Of a stretch of DNA of 64,000 nucleotides, positions 53,150-64,000 are shown piece by piece (positions within the stretch are counted from its first letter, which is position 1; every line of letters begins with the position of its first letter). The DNA lies in the NCBI GenBank assembly GCA_045567035.1, contig JBJLDS010000010.1:17767-81766 (forward strand), in the 5' to 3' direction. Made by a program: the position numbers and the translations under genes. A model generated the notes under the pieces. It saw nothing but the letters and a program-made list of their open reading frames with translations, searched no databases and was not told the origin of the DNA. This stretch comes from Candidatus Pelagibacter sp. (GTDB lineage: Bacteria > Pseudomonadota > Alphaproteobacteria > Pelagibacterales > Pelagibacteraceae).

Positions 53150-53596
53150 TTATACTCTCCTTTTTTTTGGTGGTCTTGACCCATTATGTGGCATTGGTGT
53201 TGTATCTTTAATAGAAATAATTTTAAAACCTCTAGCTTGTAATGCCCTCAAAGCCGTTTCTCTTCCAGAACCTGGACCTTTTACTTCTACAGATAAAACT
53301 TTCATTCCAAATTCAATCGCCTTAGAAGCAGCAGCATCGGCAGCAATTTGTGCAGCATAAGGTGTAGATTTTCTAGATCCTTTAAAACCCTTTTGTCCAG
53401 CTGAAGCCCAAGAAATTACGTTTCCACTAGTATCAGCTATAGATATAATTGTATTATTAAATGTTGATTGCACATACGCAATCCCGTTTGTAATATTTTT
53501 TTTATTTTTCTTCTTTTTTGAATAAGAGCTAACTTTTTTACTTTTTTGCTTTGTATTTTCAGTTGTTTCTTTTTTATCAGTTTTTTGATTTTCCAT
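53150..53596 (-). CDS. rpsK: 30S ribosomal protein S11
   Basis: STFNNTI, KSTPYAA, GPGSGRE. Confidence 0.98.
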   Translation of the reverse strand: MENQKTDKKETTENTKQKSKKVSSYSKKKKNKKNITNGIAYVQSTFNNTIISIADTSGNVISWASAGQKGFKGSRKSTPYAAQIAADAAASKAIEFGMKVLSVEVKGPGSGRETALRALQARGFKIISIKDTTPMPHNGSRPPKKRRV

Positions 53597-53597
53597 A

Positions 53598-53981
53598 TTA
53601 TTTTTTTAGTGGTGTTAATTTTTTTCCAGCAATTGCTATTGCCTTACCTTTTCTAGTTCTGGCGTTACATCTTGTTCTTTGTCCACGTGTAGGTAATTTT
53701 TTTCTATGCCTAGATCCACGGTAGGAAGCCAAATCAATTAACCTTTTAATATTTAATGAATGTTCTCTTCTTAAATCACCTTCTACTGTAAAATTCTGAT
53801 CTATATATTCTCTAATTTTTAGTATTTGATCATCAGTAAGTTCGTTTATTCTTTTTTCTTTAGGTATTTCTAGATCTTTACATATTTGTTTAGAAAAACG
53901 GTCACCAATTCCATATATATATGTTAGTCCAATTTGAACAATTTTATTAGTCGGGATATTTACACCTGCAATACGAGCCAT
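53598..53981 (-). CDS. rpsM: 30S ribosomal protein S13
   Basis: [22 protein letters not shown]. Confidence 0.98.
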   Translation of the reverse strand: MARIAGVNIPTNKIVQIGLTYIYGIGDRFSKQICKDLEIPKEKRINELTDDQILKIREYIDQNFTVEGDLRREHSLNIKRLIDLASYRGSRHRKKLPTRGQRTRCNARTRKGKAIAIAGKKLTPLKK

Positions 53982-54004
53982 ATTTTTTGTGAGTAATTTC
54001 AGCC

Positions 54005-54032
54005 TTTATATAAGAAGATGATTCAATGTCAA
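54005..54032 (-). promoter_or_regulatory. Putative sigma70 promoter of the alpha operon
   Basis: Minus strand TTGACA (54032-54027), 16-nt spacer, TATAAA (54010-54005), upstream of rpsM. Confidence 0.6.
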
Positions 54033-54039
54033 TGTCTCA

Positions 54040-54600
54040 TTAATCAAGGATTTCCTCAATTTTTTGGTAAATATTGATTATTTCCATAGAACCATCAATT
54101 TCATGAAAATTTTTATTTTTTGAATAATACTCTAAAACAGGTTTAGTAATATCCATATAAGTATCATATCTTTTTAGAATAGTATCAGCTTCATCATCTG
54201 ATCTTTTCTCTAAAATTTTTCTTTTTTCAAGTCTTTTAATAATTGAATTTTTATTTACATTGAGAAAAAAAATATAATCAATTTTTTGATTAGACTTACT
54301 TAATAAATTTTCTAAATTTTTTGCTTGATTAATTGTCCTTGGGTATCCATCAAAAATTAGTTTATTTTTTTTTTTCGGATCAAAAATTATTCTTTCTAGT
54401 AATTTATTAACTATTTCATCATCAACAAATTTTCCATCATTCATATTGTTAATAATTTTTTTTCCAATCTCTGTATCTTTTCTAATTTCATCTCTTAACA
54501 TTTCGCCAGTGGAAACTTGAAAATTATCAAATTTATTTACCAAATTTTTTGCTTGAGTTCCTTTACCAGCTCCAGGTGGTCCAAATATTATTATATTCAC
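54040..54600 (-). CDS. adk: Adenylate kinase (short-LID form)
   Basis: GPPGAGKGTQA, DGYPRT, RSDD. Confidence 0.97.
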   Translation of the reverse strand: MNIIIFGPPGAGKGTQAKNLVNKFDNFQVSTGEMLRDEIRKDTEIGKKIINNMNDGKFVDDEIVNKLLERIIFDPKKKNKLIFDGYPRTINQAKNLENLLSKSNQKIDYIFFLNVNKNSIIKRLEKRKILEKRSDDEADTILKRYDTYMDITKPVLEYYSKNKNFHEIDGSMEIINIYQKIEEILD

Positions 54601-54619
54601 TGGTCAACTTTCAAAATTA

Positions 54620-55900
54620 TTATTTGCCAAACTTAGTTTTTTTTATTAATTGCTCATATTGTGAGCTCATAAGTCTAGTTTGAATTTGAGTTACCGTATC
54701 AATCGCTACTACTACAACAATTAATATTGATGTTCCACCCAAATAAAATGGTATTGGATAATTTGCAATTAAGAATTCAGGCATTAGACATACAAGTGTT
54801 AAATACAACGCTCCGATTGTTGTAAGTTTAGTTAAGATATTATCTATGTATAAAGCAGTACTTTCGCCAGGTCTTATGCCTGGAACAAATCCTCCATATT
54901 TTCTTAAATTTTCTGCAGTTTCGTTAGGATTAAAAGTTATTGATGTATAGAAAAAAGTGAAAAAAATTATTCCACTCGCATACAGTATCATATATAACGG
55001 TTGTCCTTGGGAAAAATATGAGCTTATGTTTAAAAATGTATCACTATTTGAAATATTAAAATTTGAGAATGTTACAGGCAACAATAATAAAGCTGAAGCA
55101 AATATTGCAGGTATTACTCCAGCTTGATTAATTTTTAAAGGTAAATGTGATGAATCACCACCATACATTTTATTACCCATTTGTCTTTTTGGGTAATTGA
55201 TTAAGATTTTTCTCAGTGCTCTTTCCATAAAAACTATAAACATTATAGTTAAAATTAATAAAATAAAGATGAATATAATCATTAAACTTGATATTGCTCC
55301 CGTTCTACCCAATTCAAATGTTGTAACAAGTGCCCTTGGTATCTCAGCAACAATACCAGAGAAGATTATAAGTGATATTCCATTACCAATACCTCTTTGT
55401 GTTATTTGTTCACCAAGCCACATTAAAAAAACTGTACCTGCTACTATTGTTGTGACAGTTGATATTTTAAAAAAAATTCCCGGATTAATTACAAGGTTTG
55501 ATGAGGATTCTAATCCTACAGACAAACCGTATCCTTGAAGAGTTGCCAAAAGAACTGTTCCATATCTAGTTATTTGAGATATTTTCTTTCTACCTACTTC
55601 GCCTTGATTTTTTAAATTTTTAAAGTAGTCAGATACACCGGTTAATAATTGGACTATGATTGATGACGATATGTACGGCATAATTCCAAGGGCAAAAATA
55701 GCCATTCTGCTTATGGCACCACCAGCAAATACATTAAACATTCCTAATAATCCCTTTTGATTACCCTCCATTAAAATTTGTAACTGTTCAGGATCTATGC
55801 CTGGAAGTGGCACAAAAGTACCCAATCTATAGATAGATAATATTATAATAGTGAATAATATCCTATTTTTGAGATCATTATTCTGAGGTGTAGCACTCAT
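54620..55900 (-). CDS. secY: Preprotein translocase SecY
   Basis: ALGIMPYISSSII, GIGNGISL, GGTSILI. Confidence 0.98.
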   Translation of the reverse strand: MSATPQNNDLKNRILFTIIILSIYRLGTFVPLPGIDPEQLQILMEGNQKGLLGMFNVFAGGAISRMAIFALGIMPYISSSIIVQLLTGVSDYFKNLKNQGEVGRKKISQITRYGTVLLATLQGYGLSVGLESSSNLVINPGIFFKISTVTTIVAGTVFLMWLGEQITQRGIGNGISLIIFSGIVAEIPRALVTTFELGRTGAISSLMIIFIFILLILTIMFIVFMERALRKILINYPKRQMGNKMYGGDSSHLPLKINQAGVIPAIFASALLLLPVTFSNFNISNSDTFLNISSYFSQGQPLYMILYASGIIFFTFFYTSITFNPNETAENLRKYGGFVPGIRPGESTALYIDNILTKLTTIGALYLTLVCLMPEFLIANYPIPFYLGGTSILIVVVVAIDTVTQIQTRLMSSQYEQLIKKTKFGK

Positions 55901-55906
55901 AATTAT

Positions 55907-56365
55907 TTATTTTTTATTAATTTGATATGATCCACCTGCTTTTGATATTTTATCAATAGCAGATTTTGAAAAAAAATTTGCTATTATATTAATTCTGTCT
56001 TTTATTTCACCAGAACCTAAAATTTTAACTTTTTTAATTTTTTTATTTACAATCTTAATTTTTTTTAAAGTTTGGATATCAACTTTTGTAGTTGGATCAA
56101 TCTGTTTTTTTTCAATTAGATGCTGCAATTTACTTAAATTTAATTTTGCTACTACATCATTTTTTTTTAGGGAATTGAAGCCTCTTTTAGGAAGTCTTCT
56201 GTACAATGGCATTTGACCACCCTCATAACTTTTAATTGCAACACCTGATCTTGATTTTTGTCCCTTATGACCTCTGCCAGAAGTTTTACCTTTTCCAGAA
56301 CCAATACCCCTGCCAACACGTATTTTATTGACTGTAACTGGTTTCATTTTATTTAAGTATGACAT
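55907..56365 (-). CDS. rplO: 50S ribosomal protein L15
   Basis: RVGRGIGSGKGKTSGRGHKGQ, EGGQMPL. Confidence 0.98.
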   Translation of the reverse strand: MSYLNKMKPVTVNKIRVGRGIGSGKGKTSGRGHKGQKSRSGVAIKSYEGGQMPLYRRLPKRGFNSLKKNDVVAKLNLSKLQHLIEKKQIDPTTKVDIQTLKKIKIVNKKIKKVKILGSGEIKDRINIIANFFSKSAIDKISKAGGSYQINKK

Positions 56366-56865
56366 TAACCCCTCTTTTCTACTATTTCAGATATTTTCTT
56401 ATTTCTAATTGTTGAAATATGTTTTGGTGAATGCTGATTTGATAATGCCTTAAGGCATGCTCTTATAACATTATGTGGGTTTGCTGTTCCCATAGATTTT
56501 GCAACAATATCTTTAATTCCTAAAACCTCACAAACAGCTCTTACAGGTCCACCTGCAATAATTCCTGTTCCTTTAGGTGCAGACCTTAATTTAATTCTAC
56601 CGGCGCCATCTTTACCATATATATCATGATGGATTGTTCTGCCTTCTCTCAAAGGTATTTGTATCAAATTTCTTTTTGCAAGATCATTAGCTTTTTTTAT
56701 TGCATCTGGAACCTGTTTGGCTTTAGCATGAGCAATTCCAATCTTACCATTTTGATTTCCTACAACAACAAGAGCTGAAAAACCAAATCTCCTTCCTCCT
56801 TTAACAACCTTTGTAATTCTATTTATATGAACTAATTTTTCTAAAAATTCGTTATTTTTTTCCAT
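56365..56865 (-). CDS. rpsE: 30S ribosomal protein S5
   Basis: [21 protein letters not shown]. Confidence 0.97.
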   Translation of the reverse strand: MEKNNEFLEKLVHINRITKVVKGGRRFGFSALVVVGNQNGKIGIAHAKAKQVPDAIKKANDLAKRNLIQIPLREGRTIHHDIYGKDGAGRIKLRSAPKGTGIIAGGPVRAVCEVLGIKDIVAKSMGTANPHNVIRACLKALSNQHSPKHISTIRNKKISEIVEKRG

Positions 56866-56866
56866 A

Positions 56867-57223
56867 CTAAAATTCCATTCCATTTTTTCTTAAAGTTTCT
56901 GCAAATATTCTAACTCTGCCATGATATTTGTATACACCACGATCAAAATAAACTTTTGTGATTTTCTTTTCAGTGGCTTTCTTTGCTAATTTTTCAGCCA
57001 CTACAATAGAAAGGTCTTTTTTAGTTCCTTTTTTATTTGACCTAATATCTTTTTCCTCAGAAGAAGCTGAAATTAAAGTTATATTTTGATTGTCATCTAT
57101 TATTTGTGCTGAAAGATTTTTTGCAGATCTAAAAACTGACAATCTATATCGATCGTTTTTTGATACTTTTTTAATCTTATTTCTAATTCTAAATTTTTTT
57201 CGTGATGCTGTATTTAGTTTCAT
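56867..57223 (-). CDS. rplR: 50S ribosomal protein L18
   Basis: RLSVFRS, FDRG.YKYHGRV. Confidence 0.97.
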   Translation of the reverse strand: MKLNTASRKKFRIRNKIKKVSKNDRYRLSVFRSAKNLSAQIIDDNQNITLISASSEEKDIRSNKKGTKKDLSIVVAEKLAKKATEKKITKVYFDRGVYKYHGRVRIFAETLRKNGMEF

Positions 57224-57762
57224 TATTTCTTTTTACCTTCTTTTCTTAGTATATATTGACCAACTTCTTTTATACCCTTCCCCTTGTATGGTTCAGGGGG
57301 GCGTAGTGATTTAATTTGTGACGCAACCATTCCAACTAATTGCTTATCAGAACCTGAAATTTTTACATTTGTTTGTTTTTCTACGATAATCTTTATTCCT
57401 TCTGGTATTTTGAAATTAATATCATGACTGAAGCCTAACTGAAGATTTAGTTCGTTGCCTTTTATTGCTCCTCTGTATCCAACACCAACTAATTCTAAGT
57501 TTTTTGTATATCCTTCATTTGCGCCTATAATTGCGTTATTTAATAAGCTTCTGTTCATCCCCCAGAGTCTTTTTGTTTCATCATTAATTATTTTGGGTTT
57601 TATAGATATATCTTTTCCATCATTTATTTTAATTTCAAAAATATCTTTATCATAAGGTAATGTCTTTTTACCTTGGGGGCCTTCAATATTTAAAGTATTT
57701 TCATTTATAATTACTTTAACTTTTTCGGGTACTTGTATATTTATTTTTCCAATTTTTGACAT
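57223..57762 (-). CDS. rplF: 50S ribosomal protein L6
   Basis: [20 protein letters not shown]. Confidence 0.98.
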   Translation of the reverse strand: MSKIGKINIQVPEKVKVIINENTLNIEGPQGKKTLPYDKDIFEIKINDGKDISIKPKIINDETKRLWGMNRSLLNNAIIGANEGYTKNLELVGVGYRGAIKGNELNLQLGFSHDINFKIPEGIKIIVEKQTNVKISGSDKQLVGMVASQIKSLRPPEPYKGKGIKEVGQYILRKEGKKK

Positions 57763-58160
57763 TAAAACACCTTACAAATTACTTCGCCACCTAATTTTTG
57801 TTTTCTTGCATCCATATCTGACATAACACCTTTTGGTGTTGAAATAATAGCTATACCTAGTCCATTATTAATTTTTGGCAAACTTTCAGCACTGGAAAAA
57901 ATTCTTCTTCCTGGTTTAGAAACTCTTTCTATTGTATTAATTACTGGGGATCCTGAACTATATTTAAGATTAATCATTAAATCCGTTTTATTAGAATCTT
58001 TCTTTTCAACTTTATAATCGATAATAAAGCCCTCAGATTTTAATACATCTGCAATTTTTACTTTAAAATTAGATGAAGGTAACTCAATCATTTTGTAATT
58101 TCTAACTTGAGCATTCTTTATTCTTGCTATCATATCTCCTATCGGGTCACTTAAACTCAT
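57762..58160 (-). CDS. rpsH: 30S ribosomal protein S8
   Basis: DPIGDM.ARIKNA, SKPGRR, GGEVIC. Confidence 0.98.
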   Translation of the reverse strand: MSLSDPIGDMIARIKNAQVRNYKMIELPSSNFKVKIADVLKSEGFIIDYKVEKKDSNKTDLMINLKYSSGSPVINTIERVSKPGRRIFSSAESLPKINNGLGIAIISTPKGVMSDMDARKQKLGGEVICKVF

Positions 58161-58171
58161 AATTATCCTTT

Positions 58172-58477
58172 CTACCAGCTAGATTTAACCATTCCTGGAA
58201 TTTTTCCCTCAAGACCTAGTTCTCTTAAAGCTATTCTTGAAATTTTTAATTTTCTATAAACACCGTGAGGTCTTCCTGTTATTTCACATCTATTCATAAT
58301 TCTAGTTTTTGATGAATTTCTTGGTAATTTTGACAATTTTTGTTGGGCTTTAAATCTTTCCTCTAATGAAATTTTCTTATCCATTATAATTTTTTTTAAT
58401 TTTTTTCTTTTGGCTTCATACTTTTTAGCCATCTTAATTCTTTTATTATTTTTATTTACTGCACTTACCTTTGCCAT
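58172..58477 (-). CDS. rpsN: 30S ribosomal protein S14
   Basis: [18 protein letters not shown]. Confidence 0.98.
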   Translation of the reverse strand: MAKVSAVNKNNKRIKMAKKYEAKRKKLKKIIMDKKISLEERFKAQQKLSKLPRNSSKTRIMNRCEITGRPHGVYRKLKISRIALRELGLEGKIPGMVKSSW

Positions 58478-58478
58478 G

Positions 58479-59030
58479 CTAATTCACTCCTTTTGTTTGA
58501 AATGGAAAATTTAATTTTTTTAGTAATTGCAAGCTTTGATCTGCATTAATTGATTTTATTACTATCGAAATATCTAGACCTCTAATTTTATCTACTTTAT
58601 CAAAGTTAACTTCTGGAAAGATTATATGTTCTTTTATACCAAATGAGTAATTACCAAATTTATCAAATCCCTTATCAGATAAACCTCTGAAATCTTTTAT
58701 TCTCGGTAATGCTATATTGACTAATCTATCAATAAACTCATACATTTTTCCTTTTCTTAAGGTCACCTTTAATCCAGCTTGACTCCCTTTCCTTGTTTTA
58801 AAATTTGAAATTGATTTACGAAATTTAGTTATCACAGGTTTTTGTCCTGCAATTTTTGCTAAATCTTCTTCGCAAATTTTGATAATTTTATTATCTGTAC
58901 CGTCAACTCCTAAACCCATGTTAAGGATTATTTTTTCAACCTGTGGAACCATGTATTTATTTTTTAACTTAAATTGTTCCTTAAGTTCAGGTACTACTTT
59001 CTTTATATATAATTCTTTAATTCTAGTCAT
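58479..59030 (-). CDS. rplE: 50S ribosomal protein L5
   Basis: [17 protein letters not shown]. Confidence 0.98.
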   Translation of the reverse strand: MTRIKELYIKKVVPELKEQFKLKNKYMVPQVEKIILNMGLGVDGTDNKIIKICEEDLAKIAGQKPVITKFRKSISNFKTRKGSQAGLKVTLRKGKMYEFIDRLVNIALPRIKDFRGLSDKGFDKFGNYSFGIKEHIIFPEVNFDKVDKIRGLDISIVIKSINADQSLQLLKKLNFPFQTKGVN

Positions 59031-59275
59031 TATTTTTTAATTTCAACTTTTTTTTTGCCTTCAACTAATACTAAATTAGAAATATTAACAAAATTCTCTT
59101 TTGATACAATCCCACCTTTTTTTTCTTTTGTAGTTTTGATATGTTTTTTTACCATATTTATACCTTTAACTTTTGCTCTGTAATTTTTTCTATCAATCTC
59201 TATTATTTCACCATTTTTATTTTTATCTTTTCCAGTCAAAATTTTCACATTATTACCTTTTTTAATAATACTCAT
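59030..59275 (-). CDS. rplX: 50S ribosomal protein L24 (short)
   Basis: KOW-like [19 protein letters not shown]. Confidence 0.95.
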   Translation of the reverse strand: MSIIKKGNNVKILTGKDKNKNGEIIEIDRKNYRAKVKGINMVKKHIKTTKEKKGGIVSKENFVNISNLVLVEGKKKVEIKK

Positions 59276-59640
59276 AATACCTCCGGTGCTAGTGATATAA
59301 TTTTCATTAATCCCCTTGATCTTAATTCTCTTGTTACTGGTCCAAAAATTCTAGTTCCCACAGGTTCGCCCTTATCATCTACAAGTACGGCTGCATTATT
59401 ATCAAATCTTACCTTAGAGCCGTCATCTCTATGAATACCTTTTTTAACCCGGACAACTACCGCTTTGTGTACTGTACCTTTTTTAACTTTTCCTTTAGGC
59501 ATTGCTTCCTTTACAGCTATTACTATTGTATCACCAATACTGGCATATCTCCTTTTTGAACCACCTAATACTTTTATGCATTCAATTCTTTTTGCGCCTG
59601 TATTATCTGCAACTTGTAACTCTGTCTGCACTTGAATCAT
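59272..59640 (-). CDS. rplN: 50S ribosomal protein L14
   Basis: [22 protein letters not shown]. Confidence 0.98.
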   Translation of the reverse strand: MIQVQTELQVADNTGAKRIECIKVLGGSKRRYASIGDTIVIAVKEAMPKGKVKKGTVHKAVVVRVKKGIHRDDGSKVRFDNNAAVLVDDKGEPVGTRIFGPVTRELRSRGLMKIISLAPEVL

Positions 59641-59873
59641 TTTTTATCTCCAATAACTTCAAATTTTTTATTCTTAGAATGTGGTTTACACTCAATTATA
59701 GATACAATATCACCGCTTTTGTATTGATTTTCTGGGTCGTGTGCGTTGTATTTTTTTCTTACTTTTACAACTTTTTTTAGAACGGGATGCTGATATTTTC
59801 TCTCAACTACTATAGTTATTGTTTTGTTAGGTTTGTCACTAACTACTACACCAGATAATATTTTTTTAGGCAT
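59637..59873 (-). CDS. rpsQ: 30S ribosomal protein S17
   Basis: GVVVSDK..KTI, HP..KK, AHD. Confidence 0.97.
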   Translation of the reverse strand: MPKKILSGVVVSDKPNKTITIVVERKYQHPVLKKVVKVRKKYNAHDPENQYKSGDIVSIIECKPHSKNKKFEVIGDKK

Positions 59874-60057
59874 TCAAGTTTCCTTTTAATAAAGTTTTTA
59901 ATCTAGCAATTGATTTTTTTGTAAGCTTAATCTTTGAATAACTATTTAGTTGTCCGTTTATTTTTTGAAAACGTAAATTAAATAAATCTTTTTTAAATTT
60001 ATTAATATTATCTACAATCTCAGTTTTTTTTAATTTTTTAATTTCTTGCTTTTTCAT
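59866..60057 (-). CDS. rpmC: 50S ribosomal protein L29
   Basis: LFNLRFQ..GQL, IARLKT. Confidence 0.96.
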   Translation of the reverse strand: MKKQEIKKLKKTEIVDNINKFKKDLFNLRFQKINGQLNSYSKIKLTKKSIARLKTLLKGNLNA

Positions 60058-60059
60058 AT

Positions 60060-60467
60060 TTAAATTCTTTTAATTATTTTTGTTTTTATTGGCAGTTTTG
60101 CAGACGCTTTATATAAAGCTTCCTTAGCAATTTGTTCTGAAACACCATCAACTTCAAAAATAATTCTCCCAGGTTTTACCCGGCACGCCCAATATTCAGG
60201 TGAACCTTTACCTTTACCCATTCTAACTTCGACTGGTTTTTTTGAAACTGGAATGTTAGGAAAAACTCTTGTCCATACCCTTCCTTGTCTTTTCATATGC
60301 CTAGTTAAAGCAACTCTTGCTGCCTCGATTTGTTTTGAGATAACTCTATCTGGCTCCATTGCTTTCAATCCGTAAGCACCATAATTCAAATAATTACAAC
60401 GTGATGCTGTGCCATGAATTCTGCCTTTATGCGCTTTTCTATATTTTGTTCTAGTTGGTTGTAACAT
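60060..60467 (-). CDS. rplP: 50S ribosomal protein L16
   Basis: MLQP.RTKYRK, RMGKGKG. Confidence 0.98.
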   Translation of the reverse strand: MLQPTRTKYRKAHKGRIHGTASRCNYLNYGAYGLKAMEPDRVISKQIEAARVALTRHMKRQGRVWTRVFPNIPVSKKPVEVRMGKGKGSPEYWACRVKPGRIIFEVDGVSEQIAKEALYKASAKLPIKTKIIKRI

Positions 60468-60469
60468 GA

Positions 60470-61130
60470 TTATTTTTTATTTGTCTCCTGGCTAAATTCT
60501 CTTGTAAAAATTTCTCCTTTATATATCCAAATTTTTACTCCAATAATTCCGTATGTTGTTAATGCTTCAGCTTCAGCATAATCTATATCTGCTCTTAATG
60601 TATGTGATGGAATACTGCCTTCTCTTAACCATTCAGTTCTGGCTATTTCATTTCCAGCTAACCTTCCACTAAGTGAAACTTTAATACCTTTAGCACCCAA
60701 TCTAATAGCAGACTGCATTGCTCTTTTCATTGCTCTCCTATAAGAAACTCTTTTTACAAGCTGTTGAGCAATATTTTCAGCAACCAAATAAGCATTAGTC
60801 TCAGGTTTTTTAACCTCTTTAATATTCAAATTAACATCATTTGAAGTAATGTTTGAAAGTTTAGATTTTATTTTTTTCTATATCGCTTCCTTTTTTTCCA
60901 ATAACAAATCCTGGCCGTGATGTATATATTGTAACAAAGCATTTCTGAGAAGTTCTCTCTATCATTACTTTCGAAACTCCAGAATTAACTACATTTTTTT
61001 TGATAAATTCTCTTATTTTAAAATCTTCAATAAGATACTTTCCAAAATCTTTTTTCTTAGCATACCAAAGGGAATCCCACCCTCTATTTATACCTAATCT
61101 TAAACCAACTGGATTAACCTTTTGTCCCAT
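60470..61130 (-). CDS. rpsC: 30S ribosomal protein S3, split by an extra base in the T7 run 60871-60877 (probable sequencing error)
   Basis: [16 protein letters not shown] and GRL.G.EIARTE, LRADIDY. Removing one A gives ..[24 protein letters not shown].. Confidence 0.95.
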
Positions 61131-61509
61131 GTTTCTCCATTTCTATTTTTTCGCTTAAAATTATTGTTAAATTTGAGTAAGGTTTTTTAATTGGCGCTGC
61201 TCTACCCTTTGCTCTAGGTCTAAATCTTTTCATTACAATTTGTTTTCCACAATATGCCTCTTTAACCACCAATTTATCAATATCGTATTGATAATTATTT
61301 TCAGCATTAGCTATTGCAGATGAAAGAGTTTTTGAAACATCGTTTGATATTCTTTTGTCAGAAAAAGATAAATTTCTTAGCGCTACATCAACTTTTTTGC
61401 CAACTATAGATTTTAAAATAGGATTTAACTTTCTTGTACTAGATCTTACATTTTTATTAATTGATCTAACAATATTTTTTTTATCTTTTTGTATATTTTT
61501 TGTATTCAT
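61114..61509 (-). CDS. rplV: 50S ribosomal protein L22
   Basis: [20 protein letters not shown]. Confidence 0.97.
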   Translation of the reverse strand: MNTKNIQKDKKNIVRSINKNVRSSTRKLNPILKSIVGKKVDVALRNLSFSDKRISNDVSKTLSSAIANAENNYQYDIDKLVVKEAYCGKQIVMKRFRPRAKGRAAPIKKPYSNLTIILSEKIEMEKHGTKG

Positions 61510-61511
61510 AT

Positions 61512-61814
61512 TTATTTACTGACTTTCTTATCAGTTTCAGCTTTCGCCTTTTTATCTGCTGGTGTATGACCAAAAAATTGACGTGTTGGTGCAAATTCTC
61601 CAAATTTATGCCCAACCATATCCTCTGAGACAGTTATAGAAATAAATTTTTTTCCGTTATATATTAAGAAACTCGCTCCAATAAAATCAGGTATTATTGT
61701 TGATTTTCTTGACCATGTTTTAATAGGTTTTTTATTTGAATCACCTTTTTGTTTATCAACTTTTTTGATTAAACTTTCTTCAACAAATGGTCCTTTCCAT
61801 ACTGATCTAGCCAT
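61512..61814 (-). CDS. rpsS: 30S ribosomal protein S19
   Basis: [19 protein letters not shown]. Confidence 0.98.
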   Translation of the reverse strand: MARSVWKGPFVEESLIKKVDKQKGDSNKKPIKTWSRKSTIIPDFIGASFLIYNGKKFISITVSEDMVGHKFGEFAPTRQFFGHTPADKKAKAETDKKVSK

Positions 61815-61817
61815 AAT

Positions 61818-62651
61818 CTATTTTTTCTTCCTTTTTCTTCTTCTAACAATAAATTTGTCAGTTCTTTTATTGTCTCTTGTTTTTAAACCTTTAGCTGACT
61901 GTCCAGTCGGTGAAACAGGATGCCTACCTCCAGCAGATTTACCTTCCCCACCACCATGTGGGTGATCTACTGGGTTCATTACTACACCTCTTGTGTGAGG
62001 TCTTCTACCTAACCACCTTGATCTTCCAGCTTTACCAATTTTAATATTTTTTTGATCTGGATTTGACAAAATTCCAATAGTTGCCAATGATCTTGAATTA
62101 ATTTTTCTCACCTCTCCTGAAGCTAATTTCACTAAAGAATATATTCCATCTGTACCCGAAATCGTTACTGATGTTCCTGCTGATCTTGCAATTTTTCCAC
62201 CAGCGCCTGGTTGTAACTCTACGTTATGTATATTAATACCTACTGGTATACTTTGTAATGGCATACAATTTCCTGTTTTAATTTCAATATCATTTCCATT
62301 TTGTATTTTGTCTCCAATTTTAATATCTTGAGGTGCTAAATAATAACATCTTTCACCATCCTCAAATTTAACCAACATAATATGGCATGATCTATTAGGA
62401 TCGTATTCAATTCTTTCTACTTCTGCAGCCATGTCATTTTTTTTTCTATAAAAGTCAATATTTCTATATTTTTGTTTATGACCTCCACCTGTGTTTCTAG
62501 AAGTTATTCTTCCAAGGTTATTTCTTCCTCTTGAGGATTTATTATTATTTGTTAAAGGTTTGTATGGTTTACCTTTCCATAATCCTGACCTATCAACGAT
62601 AATTGTACCTCTGGTAGATTTTGTATATGGTTTAAATGATTTTAATGACAT
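61818..62651 (-). CDS. rplB: 50S ribosomal protein L2
   Basis: IEYDPNRS, MNPVDHPHGGGEG. Confidence 0.98.
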   Translation of the reverse strand: MSLKSFKPYTKSTRGTIIVDRSGLWKGKPYKPLTNNNKSSRGRNNLGRITSRNTGGGHKQKYRNIDFYRKKNDMAAEVERIEYDPNRSCHIMLVKFEDGERCYYLAPQDIKIGDKIQNGNDIEIKTGNCMPLQSIPVGINIHNVELQPGAGGKIARSAGTSVTISGTDGIYSLVKLASGEVRKINSRSLATIGILSNPDQKNIKIGKAGRSRWLGRRPHTRGVVMNPVDHPHGGGEGKSAGGRHPVSPTGQSAKGLKTRDNKRTDKFIVRRRKRKKK

Positions 62652-62653
62652 TT

Positions 62654-62947
62654 CTAAATTCCTGTTGTGAGATCAATACTTTGACCTTTTTTAAGTGTAA
62701 TAATAGCCTTCTTGTAACCTTTGATCTTAATTTTTTTTCCTCTAGATATTTTTTCTCTATTTTTTTTGTTAACAATGTTTACTTTTATTACGTTAACTTT
62801 GAAAATTTTTTCAATATTCTTCTTTAAAATTTTTTTATTAGAGCTATTAGGAACTTTGAAGACAATTTTATTTTGCTCAGATAGATTTGTCGATTTTTCT
62901 GTGACAACCGGTTGTAAAATTTTATCGTATAAATGTATTTTATTCAT
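62654..62947 (-). CDS. rplW: 50S ribosomal protein L23
   Basis: PVVTEKS, YKKAIITL. Confidence 0.97.
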   Translation of the reverse strand: MNKIHLYDKILQPVVTEKSTNLSEQNKIVFKVPNSSNKKILKKNIEKIFKVNVIKVNIVNKKNREKISRGKKIKIKGYKKAIITLKKGQSIDLTTGI

Positions 62948-62948
62948 T

Positions 62949-63572
62949 CTATTTTAGTTTTTTTTCAAGATCTTTTACTGATGTTTCTGTAAATATAATC
63001 TTTTTAAATTTTGCAACGTCAAATGCACTGAAGTGATTAACGTCTGTTAATTTAACATTTGGTATATTTTGTAAACTTAACTTAATGTTATTTATTGAGT
63101 TTTTATCAGCTACAACTAAGGCGTTTTTAATGTTTTGCTTAAAAAGAATTTCATTCATTATTTTTGTTTTGTTTATTTTTTCTTTAAAATCATCGAAAAT
63201 TATTAAATTCTTATCTTTATTCTTTTTACTTATAAGTGAAATTATTCCAATTCTCTTTTCACTTTTATTAACTTTTCTTATTTTATAATTATTTTCTCCC
63301 TTAGGACCATGAGCTATACCTCCACCGACAAAGATTGGGGCTTTTCTACTTGCATGTCTTGCTCCACCGGTACCTTTTTGTGCATAAATCTTACTAGTAG
63401 AACCTCTAATTTCATTTTTCTGTTTAGTTTTAGCTTTTCTTCCTTTGTAATTAGCATTTGTTTTATAAAGTAGTAGATCTACTAATCTTTCATTGACCTT
63501 TGATGAGAAAATCTTATCTAACACTTCTAAGCTTGTTTTGTTTCCTTTTGTATCAATCTTATCTAATTTCAT
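62949..63572 (-). CDS. rplD: 50S ribosomal protein L4
   Basis: QKGTGGARH, GGGIAHGP. Confidence 0.98.
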   Translation of the reverse strand: MKLDKIDTKGNKTSLEVLDKIFSSKVNERLVDLLLYKTNANYKGRKAKTKQKNEIRGSTSKIYAQKGTGGARHASRKAPIFVGGGIAHGPKGENNYKIRKVNKSEKRIGIISLISKKNKDKNLIIFDDFKEKINKTKIMNEILFKQNIKNALVVADKNSINNIKLSLQNIPNVKLTDVNHFSAFDVAKFKKIIFTETSVKDLEKKLK

Positions 63573-63575
63573 TTT

Positions 63576-64000
63576 TTATTTTTTTTTCTTTTCGTTTGAT
63601 TTTTTTTGTTTATCAATTAATTCAATTTTTTCATTAATTGTTAATCTTTGTATATTTTTGACAGATTTTTTTACTATTACTTCGGTATTTTTTGAACCAG
63701 GTATGGAACCCTTTAGATATAATAAATTATTTTCATTATCCGATTTTATTACTTCTAGATTCTGCATTGTTCTAACCTTATCGCCCATATGACCAGCCAT
63801 TTTTTTACCTTTAAAGACTTTACCAGGATCCTGATTTTGCCCTGTAGAACCGTGAGCTCTATGAGATACTGAAACACCATGAGATGCTCTTAAACCACCA
63901 AAATTATGTCTTTTCATTGCACCCGCAAAGCCCTTACCAATAGTTTTTGATTTTACATCTACAAATTTAACATCTTTGAATATCTCAATACCAAATTCAT
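63576..64000 (-). CDS. rplC: 50S ribosomal protein L3 (5' end outside the window)
   Basis: [30 protein letters not shown]; frame open to the window edge. Confidence 0.97.
   Translation of the reverse strand, partial: EFGIEIFKDVKFVDVKSKTIGKGFAGAMKRHNFGGLRASHGVSVSHRAHGSTGQNQDPGKVFKGKKMAGHMGDKVRTMQNLEVIKSDNENNLLYLKGSIPGSKNTEVIVKKSVKNIQRLTINEKIELIDKQKKSNEKKKK

Noticed and set aside
5302-63792. Many short antisense or alternate-frame ORFs in the track (e.g. 5302-5592, 18468-18857, 46336-46887, 49036-49386, 55197-55538)
   Set aside because: They lie wholly over well-conserved genes, are F/L/I/S-rich mirror translations and have no motifs, so they are shadow ORFs.
1-64000. CRISPR arrays, IS elements, rRNA, defence systems
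   Set aside because: Almost every base is assigned to core genes, and the largest gap is about 120 bp with no spaced repeats.

Overview
A very AT-rich (visually under 30% GC), gene-dense stretch of core genome from a streamlined alphaproteobacterium. Gene content and order fit SAR11/Pelagibacterales. It holds argC, rplM-rpsI, metY, ctaA, a bamE/cbp3-rpmF-plsX-ihfA-merR-rpmG block, hppA, an rpiB-glyA-nrdR-rib-nusB-thiL run, hemB, a dapA-smpB-folK-rel-pyrE-pdxJ-acpS-lepB-rnc-recO run, a lytic transglycosylase, tRNA-Ser(GCT), soxBDAG, gatCAB-OMT-trhO-MATE, ruvX-pyrB-pyrC'-plsY-topA-ridA, galU-ugd, panC, mgtE, lipB, an RluA-family gene and most of the S10-spc-alpha ribosomal cluster. I saw no mobile element, prophage, CRISPR array or rRNA. 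argC, soxA and rpsC are each split by a 1-nt indel in an A6/A7 run, most likely sequencing error. I found no clear-cut new system. The best leads are: an O-methyltransferase coupled to trhO behind gatCAB (possible mo5U34 tRNA pathway); an orphan 2OG-Fe(II) hydroxylase heading the glyA/rib run; a palindromic bidirectional promoter between tRNA-Ser and soxB; head-to-head overlapping start codons; and several degenerate or streamlined enzymes.
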